Position numbers and translations under genes: made by a program. The notes under the pieces are model-generated. The model saw only the letters and a program-made list of their open reading frames with translations. It did no database searches and had not been told where the DNA came from. A stretch of 64,000 bases of DNA. It comes from Octopus bimaculoides (lineage: Eukaryota). The DNA lies in assembly GCF_001194135.2 (NCBI RefSeq), contig NC_068982.1:129628771-129692770 (forward strand). Reading direction: 5' to 3'. Of the stretch, positions 26,244 through 38,200 are shown in pieces; the first letter of the stretch is position 1, and every line of letters starts with the position of its first letter.

Positions 26244-29200
26244 AAGAGAGAGAGAGAAAGAGAGAGAGTGTGAGAGAACATGAGAGGGTGAAAGAGAGAA
26301 AGAGAGAGTGAAAGAGAGAGTGTGCGTGTATGTATAACTGTGCACTTGAAATTTACAATTAATTGGCTTTGCAGTAGGCTAGAACTCACATTGTGGTTGT
26401 TTTACCAGCTCCATTGTGGCCTAAGAAAGAAGTGATCTGTCCTTCATATAAATTCAATGTTAAATTCTTCACAGCAACTTTCTTGCCAGTTTTATAAACC
26501 TAGAAATAAAAATCAAATCATATAGTATCAGACTTCACAAAATCTTTTTTGCGTTCTTTCCAAAATTTGCTTTACTATGCTAGTTAAAAATTAATTAATA
26601 TTTCAGTTCATCTCTCATGAAACAACATTCTAACTTTTTGTTTGTCGTTTAGTTACTTAACAGTTATATTATGTAGGTAAGTATGTGAATATGTATAATT
26701 TTTTTTGCCTGCTTTTATGCCAAATGAAGAGTATTACATACTGACAAAAGTAATGTGTAATACAAGCAGATCTATGACATATCTAAGATTGGAGGTGTTC
26801 CAGCCATAACCACCTCAAATGTTTTCAGGATAGAGTTATCTAGGACCACATAGTCTAATGTGTTCTTTCAAAATAGGACATTACTTGAGAGAGAGTTGAT
26901 TGCTCTTTCTAGCATGTTGAGTGATCATACTGAGGTTTCTTTGTTGGCTAGCATAGGAATGAAGTTTTAAAGGGTAGTGGTCCTTAGGATGAAAGGTTGC
27001 ATATATTTGAAGGGCAAAAAGTAAAAAGGCTTCAAGTAAGAGTAATGCAAAACCAATAGTCATTGTAGAGGCATTAAAGACAGTAAAAAAATACAAAGGG
27101 GCTGAGAATTCAAACATTAAAGATTGAGGGGTGTATACACATAAAGAGTGGGGAGTTTCCTGAGCTAATTTTGTGTCTGTGTGAAAGAGAGGCAGAGATG
27201 GGATTTCAGTAAGGAATTGACAGATTATCTTAAAAGTAAAAAGAAATTCATAAAGTGGTTGATAATGTAGTTATAATTTCATTTATAATTATCTAGAATT
27301 CATTGACTAATATGAGAAACATACACACACATAATATTATACATGATAAATCTGCCTTTTCTAGTACATGAAGAAATCTGAAGATAAACAGTATATATTC
27401 AAACACCTTACTTAAAATAATGAAAACAATGACATTTCAATCAAGTTTATATCCAAAAAGATTTTCTCTATAACCAAATCATGTCTTTAAATTTATACTC
27501 AAAGCAAGTAAAACCTTTTAATATAAATGTAATCACAAAGTCTGAGAGAACTATTTTGTTAATTATTGGTACATGATTATAGATTTCTAAATTGATCTTT
27601 AAAATTAAGCTGACAATAAAATGTTGCAGTCATTATACCTTTGTTAAGTTGTCAATGCATACACCAAGAGGTAAATGTTTAGGTTCTGGTTCAAAATTCT
27701 GGAAGTATTCTGAAAAAAGGGTATCAATATGCAAAATAATAAAAATAATTTTTGAAAATATTTCACAAAAGAAATTAAAACAGCACTCATTCTAAGTGAT
27801 ATTGTTGTGGTCATTGCAATCATGCTTAGTCAAAATGACAAGTACTCAAAAAGACCCATCCTTGGAGAGAACAGGTGATAATCAAACAGGTAATTGAATT
27901 ACACGGAAACACACACAAAAGAAGAAAAATGTACATTGTTGTAAAATAAACTTCCATGTGAGAAAAGTTAGCAGGATAAACAAAGAAATAATTATGACAA
28001 ATTAGAGTAATTAAGTGAATTTTGTGAAAACTCAAAGAAAATTCACAAAGATGCTTAAAAGTGAATGAATCTGTCTAGTTAATAGGAATGTTGAACTCTA
28101 ATTAATAAATGAAAATTCAAGAGTTGAAATAAGATTTGCACTGCAATATTAATTAATTTGCTGCTTTAAAGTCACATTAAACATATGTCTAAGTCATTTA
28201 TTAAATTTGTATGAATTAATAAGACTAGCTTTCATTACATTTGATCAATACATTACTATCTAATGGTGTTACAGTTTTATCTATAATTTCATACCAGGTA
28301 TAAGTATAAACTCTTAAATCTGCAATTCTAACATAAGGTTTTATCCACAATCAATATAAGAAATGGAATATATGTAATTAGATGAAGCATAAGTACTAAT
28401 ATACAATGAATTAACATTTAAATGATTATAAAAAGTATAATGCAAGTTAAAATATTGCAGCAATATATCTGATTCTATTAGATGGAATTCTGTTACATGG
28501 ATTAGATTTTCAGGCAGAAACTGCATCTTACCAGACTGTCTTTGCTCCATAGCACATGCTTGATCCTCTTCTGTTACAGACAGACTGATATGACTCCGTT
28601 TAAATAATTTGGTAAACCATGTACATTGATTTGATTCTGGTTTTCCAGTTGTACCACACCAGTAAGACTGAGTGAAGGGGAAACACCATGGCTTGGGCAA
28701 ACCAAAAGAACCTTTTAAATAAATGAATAAATATAAAGTGATATTACAGCAAATCAAAATCGTTAGTGAAGGTAAAAGTATTGAAATATTGAAAATGATT
28801 TGAGCAAAATTATACAATTAATTCTTGAAAAACAGGTAAAAATGCAATTCATTTGCCTAAATAAAAATGTTAAACTATTGGACTTTAGCAAGGTTTACAA
28901 TAGTTATGCTTGCAAAAATAAGAGCTTCTATAGTATTTAACAAAGTTAAAGCGAGTCAGATTCAGATAAATTACATACCTGGATGGACATTCTCAATATA
29001 CCATACTAACAATCCATATAATAATGAATCTACTAACATCATCATAGTAACAAGGGCCAAATTGTAGTCATCATTCTCAACAGGAGATATAGAAATGTTA
29101 TCCCAATGGACACCAACACCCTCTTCTTCATAGAAAGCAAAATATTTGGCACCAAGTCCAAATGCTGTCGTTGAGAATAGGGACTGAAAAAAAAAAAAAA

Positions 29201-32200
29201 AAGAAAATTACAATGTTGAAAAGAAACAAAACTAAATGTAATTTAATCATAAATTTCAGTATTGGATGTAGAAAAAAAAATTTGGTGACTTAATTCTGAT
29301 GTACAACAATATCATATTAATCTAATCAAAAAGTGAATTCAAATCCTACTGGGTTGATTTTAATTTCTATTACTCCCATGAACTTCAAATTTTCTGGCTT
29401 TATACCAATGTTAGAAATTACTATTTATAGAGAGTTAGAAATTCTTAGGGAAAAAAGGGAAGTTAATAGCCCAACTATTATTGTAAAAAAAAAAAAACAG
29501 CAACAAAAAAAAAAAAAACAAGGTTTCAAATTGCTATACCGTTTGCTACTGAAATAATGAAAAAGATACTTACAGCAATTGATTTTGTTATTGCCAGTAC
29601 TTTATCCCCTGCAGCTTCTTCTTTGATAGCAATGTACATGTAAGGTACATATGTGAGGAAATAAACAATACCTGCACAGGCTGCTGCTAGCTTGGCTTTT
29701 GAGTACAGAACACTCACCAGGAAACTGAAAATTAGCCATGCAAATAGTAATATTTAATTTGGAAATATCAATTAGCTTTTCTTTGAAAAAAACAAAAAAA
29801 TCAATCATATATTAAATGTTATGAAAATATATACTGTCAAAATTAGATGGAGTTATCATCATCATCGTTTAACATCCACTTTCCATGCTGACATGGGTCG
29901 GCCGGTTTGACTGAGGAGGACTGGCAAGGTTTCTACAGTTGGATGCCCTTCCTAACACCAACCACTCTGAGAGTAGTGGGTGCTTTTTACGTGTCACCAG
30001 CACGAGGGCCAGTTAGGCGGCACTGGCATCGACCACACCTGAATGGTGCTTTTTATGTGCCACTGGCATGGAAGACACTTTTTTACACAGCTGTCCTCAT
30101 CCATACACAACAGTGCAGTCGTCTCTCTTGCACACCACATTTGATGCTTCTTATGTCCAACTTTTCTCTCAGAGCACTTATTACTGTCGTGTATGTACAC
30201 TGACATTAAACATCTAGCTTCGTTTCTTCCAAGCTTACGCATGTCCTCAGCAGTCACAGCCCATGTTTCACTGCCATGTAGCATGGCTGTTCACACACAT
30301 GCCTCATACAGTCTACCTTTTACTCTGAGCAAGAGGCCCTTTGTTACCAGTAAGGGTAGGAGCTCTCTGGACTTTGCCCAGGTTATTCTTATTCTAGCAG
30401 CTACACTCTCAGAGCATCCACCTCTGCTACTGACTTGGTTACCTAGGTAACGGAGGATATAAACTACTTCTAGTTTTTCCCACTGGCATGTGATGGAAGC
30501 TGTTTTCTGCACATTTTCAGTGTTTATTGCCCCTGAGCATTTGCCACACAAAAACTATCTTCCCAGTTAGCCTTCCTTTGATATTGCTACACCTCTTATG
30601 TGTCCATAGCTTACACCAAGTACACCCTGTGGAGTTTCTAATACGCCTTTTTCACAGATCGAGTAGGGCCATCTACCTGAAGGGATTTGGGATTTGTTTG
30701 CCTTCAGCTAAAGTTTAGGGATTTGTACCCAGATATAAACAACCTGTCTTTATACCTCTGTGATAACAAAGAAAGGTCTTAACCTGACTAGTTTCAATCC
30801 AGCAACTGGGTACCTTCTTTAACTTCACAGAGATACTGTTTATAAATCCACTATTTCTAAGGGATTAAGAATACATCAATTTTCACATATTTTCAAATAG
30901 GTTAAAAATGTATAGATATATTCTGTATAACAGCAAAGCATTGAAACAAAACACTTAACACACCAAATTAGCCGCCAATGTCAATCCAGTTTAACCAAGC
31001 CCCTGGTAATAGAGTGGGGTTTTTTTACACAAAGAAAATTAAAGAGAGTACATAGCTGTTGATAAAGTCCCAACATGTGATCCCTATTTTTCAGATCATA
31101 AAGATATATATAATACAAAGTGTTTACATCTGTCTGTTTCATACAGTATTGTATGTAAAATCTATGGATATACTATGTAGTACAATATAGAAATGGAATA
31201 AAACACTAAAGGCATCAGTAATTCATTCACAATAAGACAAACTTATAGCTAACATATTTTGAAGCATTTATGCATTTTCTCCAATACTTTCTAAAATAAA
31301 GGATATGTTAACACACTTTATCATTCTACTATGCCAGTATGACATTTTCTGAGTACAACGTTTAAATAACAATTAAAAATAAAAGAAAAAACTATGTACT
31401 TACGAAAAGCAAATTGTGGCAAGAGCAAAAACTTCAAGAACAGTGAATATAACCCAAGGATCACTGTGAGTAAGGACTTTTCCATATTTCAACATTGCTG
31501 TTAAAATAGCCATAGTGATGGTCATTTGAATAAAAGTAGTGGTGAACCAAGCACACCAATGGACAGCATTATTTAAACCCATCATTTTCATAACCTATTC
31601 AGAAATTTTAAATCAATGTTATTGACATTTAAAAATAAATCAAATCAAGCTGTTATTTTTTTTATACCTATTAGTGGAAATAAAACTGAAATGTTTGATA
31701 AATAAAACAATAGCTTTAGTAAGAATTTTCCTTAAAAGTCATCCGGATCATCATCGTTTAATGTCCGTTTTCCATGCTAGCATGGGTTGGACGGTTCGAC
31801 TGTGGTCTGGGAAGCCATGTTTCATTGCCATGAAGCATGGCAGTTTGCACACATGCATCGTACAATCTACCTTTCACTCTGAGCCAGACGCCCTTTGTCA
31901 CCAGTAGGAGTAGAAGCTTTCTAAACTTTGCCTAAGCTATTCTTATTCTAGTGGTAACACTCTCTTAGCATCCACCCCAATAACTAACTTGGTCACCCAG
32001 GTAGCGGAAGCTATCAACTACTTCTAGTTTCTTCCCCTGGAGTGTAATGGAATCTGTTTTCTGAGCATCTGTGGTATTTATTGCCCCAGTGCATCTGCCA
32101 CACGCGAAAGCTATCTTCTCGGTTAATCTTTGATGTTGCTGCACCTCTTATGTGTCCAAAGCTTACACTGGGTACATCTTATGGAGTTTCTACCTACACC

Positions 32201-35200
32201 TTTTCTACACATCGAGCAAGGCCACCTACCTGAGAAGTATATAAATATATTTCATACTAAATTCTATAATTTGGGAATTTAAAACTATTTCTGTATTTTC
32301 AAAGTTATAATACTATTCTACTATATTATAGCACACTCAAGAAGGGCATCCAGCCAAATCTAGAAAACAACCAAGCAGACACAGACTGCACTGATTGATG
32401 CAACACAACTAGATGCACAATATCCTACCCAGCAGGATGGGTCGAAATGATTGTTGTGTTGAATAAAGATTCATAGCAAATCCATCTTCTGCTTCCCTCA
32501 TCATTTAGTTTTACTGTTATTAAAGCTGATAAGTTAGCAGAAACTGTAGCACATTGAGATAACTACTTGATAGGATTTATTATTTTTTTTTTTTTTTACC
32601 ATTTAGACAGAGAAAAAAGAACAGCATTCAAGACCTTTTACTTTCTCTCTCCCCACTCCAAAGCCTTCAAATCAGGTTGGAGAAAGGGAGGAAGATATCC
32701 TCTAAGCACCGGATTGTACTAAATACTTCTAACAATAATACCCAAGAACCAGGTGGCGGTAGTGGTTGTGATGGTGTTAAATTGGGTGATGGATTAAGGC
32801 AAACTCTTATTCTACCTCTTAGGAACTTAGAATGCTAAAACTCAGAACAAATACTGCAAGGCATCTCCTCTACTGTGGACTGGTATTTTATTATCAACCC
32901 TGAAGGGATGTTAAAGTTGATCTCAGTGGGATTTGAACTCCAAGGACAGTGAGCTGGAACAACTGCCACAAGTCATTTGTTTTATGCTCTAACAATCATG
33001 TTAATTTATCGTGTAAATCTTGTCCTTTTATATTCTGAGTTTATGCCCTGGCCAGTATTAGCATTTGCCTTTCATCTCTGGAGGATTAATTAAAATCAAT
33101 ACCAGTAATACACTAGTATCAATTTGCGTTACTGTACTCCTTCAATAAAATATTTGTGGCTTTGTGCCAATGTTAAAAATCATAAGTAAAACTTACTTCT
33201 TTTAGTCTTTGTTCCTTTTCATAAACAATACTTTGAACCAACATAGCCACAGTATAGACCCATGAAATAGTCAAACATAACGGCATCACATGTTCAATCA
33301 TGAAAACAAATCTGAAATTAGCAAAAAGAATGGTTTCCTCATATACATCTTTAAACAAGCACATTAGCTGAAATCAAAGAAATAACCTCAAAGCAAAGAC
33401 CATTGAAAATTCAAACTTCAATCAGAAAATATTTCTAAAGATTCAGTTTCAAGTAATTTTTTTAGAATTTTCAAAAGCTATTTAAATTTTCTTAAGATGT
33501 TTCAGGTATACTGAAGATAATTCAAGAAAAATAGATATATAAATATAAAATTAGTATTTACTTCAGTCTCCTTTTCTATGAGTAGTTATAAAGGTCTTTA
33601 AGTAAGGTCTAATTGGACATCATAACTCTTTTTTAATCAGATATTGATTAGAAATGAAAGTAAAAGACAGCAAGGCATTTTTCGTTTGGTTTTTCAAAGA
33701 GATTTCTTTATATTCTTCCAGAGTCATTTTACATTAATATAGTGTGTAATCAAAGTATAAAGATTTTAAATCCTGCAGCCTATAACATTACTGAAAAGTA
33801 CTACTGAATCAATTGATTGTGTTTTCAGAAAAACAAAGATATTTACAGAATGCATCTGACATCACTAATTTCTACATTGCTATTCTTGTTTGCAGAGATG
33901 GCTACCATTACTAAATAACAGGAAAGATTATTCAATCTACATTTTTTAATTCTCCAAATCTAACAATTAAAAAGAGCAATTAAATTAAGGTATCCTACAC
34001 ATTTAGCTTATTAAATCATGGGAAACTGTAAATTAATATTATATGATGTAGAACAATCTGGTTTGTATGTAGAAATTAAAAATACCAGGAGAAACTGTGA
34101 TTAACTTACTGATCATAAACATAACAAGGATAAGGGAACTGATGAATGTAGGCACCTGGTTCAACAACATCATGGCCCACCTGCGTGTCAATGATGGCTC
34201 TTTCAATAATATCCTGGCAAAAAAACAAAAAATACTTATTTTCAAATGGAAAAACAAACATTACATATATTTCTAAAACTTCATTGAGAAGATTTTATAA
34301 ACTGATTTGTGATAATTTCAAGAAAATATAACCTCATAGGAATTTATAATTAAAGAAACTATATATAAAAAAAAAGGTAATCCAGTTGCTCTTAAATATT
34401 TGACAAAAAGTTAAGTTAATGAAGCACTGCAATTAATAAGCTAAATTTCCTAACACATTTTAAAACTGAATAGATATTAATGTGTTCAAATATATCTATT
34501 AGCCTTTGAGTTATATAAAATGAATAATTATAATAAATTGAATTTATAACACAGAACTTTGAAAAGATCTGAGTCAACTTCTTTAAAGAGAGATGAAACC
34601 AAAAGTAAAATTTTAGAAGAACCAGTCATAAGTGTTTTGGATAACATTGTATCAAAACTTACCTGAAATATAACCGTTCTATAAATCCCAACTTTAGTAC
34701 AAAGAATAAAGCAATCACAATAAAACATCATATCAACTAACAGATGCAATGTAGTGACCAAACTGATTAGAATTCATTCAAACTAAAAGTAGAGACAAGT
34801 GAAGAACACGGGCTCAGTGATCTAATGTTAATCAAATCAGGTCAATGCAAAATGGACAATTTCCATAATTTTTTAAATTAATTCTCAAGTTGTTTTCATT
34901 TCTTCACAGCATATGTAATTTAAATTGGAATTAGTAAAATTCCGGAGTTGTTTCCCTTCTTCCACGGGCTGATTTGATTAGCATTAGCCGTTTCCCTCTC
35001 CTCACAGGAAAGTAATTGTGATTAATTTTATTTTCATTTTCTCCACCATAATGTTGCGTGGGTGGGGTGCACCTAGATAATCTCACTCAGTCATAAAAAT
35101 TAACAAACTTACTTGAATCCACACAAATCCAAATTGGTAATAAGATTGCTTTGTAGGGCCAGGTCCTGGATACCAATATCGACTTCGGACTAATTTAGTT

Positions 35201-38200
35201 GTGGGAGTAAACGAAGCATTTTGTCGGATTTTATATCTTATGTGAGGAGGGAGGCTTCCATCAGGATGAATGTTTTCAAATAATACACCTTAAAAGAGAA
35301 GTATATTTTTTTTAAAATTATTTTTCCACTTTTATACCTGACAAGTTATTGAAAATCTTTAAAGAGATATTTGGTGCTTGTATATTGTCTAAGAAAAGCT
35401 CTTATAAATTGACCCTAATACTTATGAAGATGTCAGTAATTTAAATGTAAATCCATAAAAAAAATTTTTTTCACAATTTAAAAAAAAAATATTTTTTCAC
35501 AAATTTTAATCCAAAATAATTCTCACAAATTTTTATTAAAAATGTTTTTTCACATATATTTTTAGGTCATGGGAAGGTAGCAAGCTGGCAGATTCATTAT
35601 TGTGACAGACAAAATGTTTAGTGGTATTTCTTTCAGCACTTTACATTCTGAGTTCAAATGCTGCTGAGGTCAACACTGCCTTTCATCTTTTAGGGGTTGA
35701 TGAAATAAGTAGCAGTTGAGCAGTGATATCTATGTAATAGGCCCTCTCATAAAAATTACTGGCCTTGTATGAAAATTAGAAAGAATTTTAGGTGTTGCAC
35801 AAAGTTAGAAAATAAAAACTGCCGATAAATCAAGCAAACTTACTGGCAAAAACACTGACATTGTCATGGTAAGCCTCATTAAATACATAGTCAACTAGTT
35901 TCTGTTCATCAGAAAATCCCTGAAATACATTAAGGCTAATACCAGACAGCATGGCACGCCAACTGCAAGCTGCATTGTCTATATTGCTCAGTTGAAGCAG
36001 AAAAAATTCTGGAGTAGGAATTGTGATATTTAAGAATTTGTCAATTCTTGAGTCTGTACGTAATAACATTGCCAATGTCTTACGTCTCTTCAAATCTTGT
36101 TGAATCTGAAATGAAATGAACGTAATCTTGTAATTCATTGAAAATATATAACAATTTCTTCCTTACTATCACCATTATCATTATTAAAGTAAATAGAATA
36201 AATAGTCAAAAAAGACTTTTGTAATATTTAATTATCTTGCTTTCAAATCCTGTTAGATTATTCCTCTGCAATAATTAAAATAAGTAGCAATTGCTGAGAC
36301 CCCCTTCGGTTATGACTGACCATGGGATTGCATCTAGAAAGTTACCCTCCCAGGCACAAGTCCAGGCAAGGTTGTTTATGGAAGACCAGCAGTCGCCCAT
36401 GCATACCGGCCTCCCCTTTCCATGCCACCAGTGTTATCCAAGGGAAAGGCAAAGGCCAATACAGCTTGGCACCTATGACATCACTACTCATTTCTACAGC
36501 TGAGTGAACTGAAGCAACATGAAATAAAGTGTCTTGCTCAAGAACACAACACAGCCTGGTCCGGGATTTGAACTCACAGCCTCCTCCAGCTGGTTATCAA
36601 TGCAATCTGCACCCAATATATACTGCAAGCAAGGTAGCAAACCCCTAGTATCTTCTAACAACGACTGGATCACTAAACCATATGGTTTCAGGTTGTTTGT
36701 GCCCGTTGTCAGTGGTGAACATCCGTCCACTAGAGACAGCAATAATTTGCTCCAGCTCGCAATATATAGAGAACCAAGCAGCTAAAAATGGTAGTAACAT
36801 TGATTCCTATGGAACAGCCATACTGATGTGATGATGAACATTATTTCTCAATATAGCCACTACTTTCATCTCTTCCAGAGATTTTCTAATGAGTTACAAA
36901 TTAATATGCTACATGAAATAATTTGGTAATCTGGAAAATAATAAACCCTTCTAAAGGAATTTCTCTGGGCCATAGTGCCTCATATATGACTAAAAGACTT
37001 CACTCGGTGGGGAGTGAGAGGGGAGAGGAGAGTGAGAGGGGGGAGGAGAGTGAGAGGGNNNNNNNNNNNNNNNNNNNNNNNNNNNNNNNNNNNNNNNNNN
37101 NNNNNNNNNNNNNNNNNNNNNNNNNNNNNNNNNNNNNNNNNNNNNNNNNNNNNNNNNNNNNNNNNNNNNNNNNNNNNNNNNNNNNNNNNNNNNNNNNNNN
37201 NNNNNNNNNNNNNNNNNNNNNNNNNNNNNNNNNNNNNNNNNNNNNNNNNNGAGGAGAGAGGGGTGGTGGTGGAGAGGGTGATGGGGAGGGGAATGGGGAA
37301 GGAAGAGGGGCTGGGAGAAAAGAACAAAAGAAGTAAGCAGAGAGGGGAGATAAAGAGGGGGGAGAGGGAGAGAGAGAGAGAGAGAGAGAGAAAGTAATCA
37401 TTTCATCATTCTATCACAATCTAAAAAATATTTCAGAGAAACATTTCTTTCATTCCAAATCAATGTACAGAACGACCAAAAAAAGGGATAACAGGGACAA
37501 AATGCCAAATGAATATCAGACACCATCTGATGACATCAATTTCTGGTCAAGGTTGCATTCACTAAAGTTCTTTAAAAAAGAAGCATTTTTCTTATAGATG
37601 CAGTCATTCACAAACTTCAGAAAGTCAATGTTAACAGATCTATGTAAAAACTGAATCGCTAATTATAAATAACACAAGAAACAATTATTTTGTTAATTAC
37701 AGACATATGACATCAGTTATCCATGACACAAGCTTAAGTATTTATAAATACATTAAAAAAATGTAAATGTTAACACAATTTGCTTTAAGGTCAAAACACA
37801 TCTCATAAACCAATTTACTTCAACTGTTAATAACTGCTGACAAAAATGGTTTCATTACAAAGTTCTATTATTCATTTCAATAAGTAATGGTATTAATATT
37901 CATAAAGGCATTTAAGTGAAGATAAAGCAGTTTGAATTGAGAATCTAATTCATGATTTTATTTCACTATAAATTTATCACTACAACATTGACCAGGATTT
38001 AAGTATGAACAATGATGTCATCTAGACACAATGTCTTTCTTTGCACTGGAGAAACAATTATGATTTCACTAATATCGTCGTCGTCGTTTAACGTCTGTTT
38101 TCCATGCTAGCATGGGTTGGACGATTTGACTGAGGACTGGTGAAACCAGATGGCTACACCAGGCTCCAATCTGATTTGGCAGTGTTTCTACAGCTGGACG

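Noticed and set aside
25441-26389. Long Ser/Leu-rich and Glu/Arg-rich ORFs
   Set aside because: Translations of the GA microsatellite.
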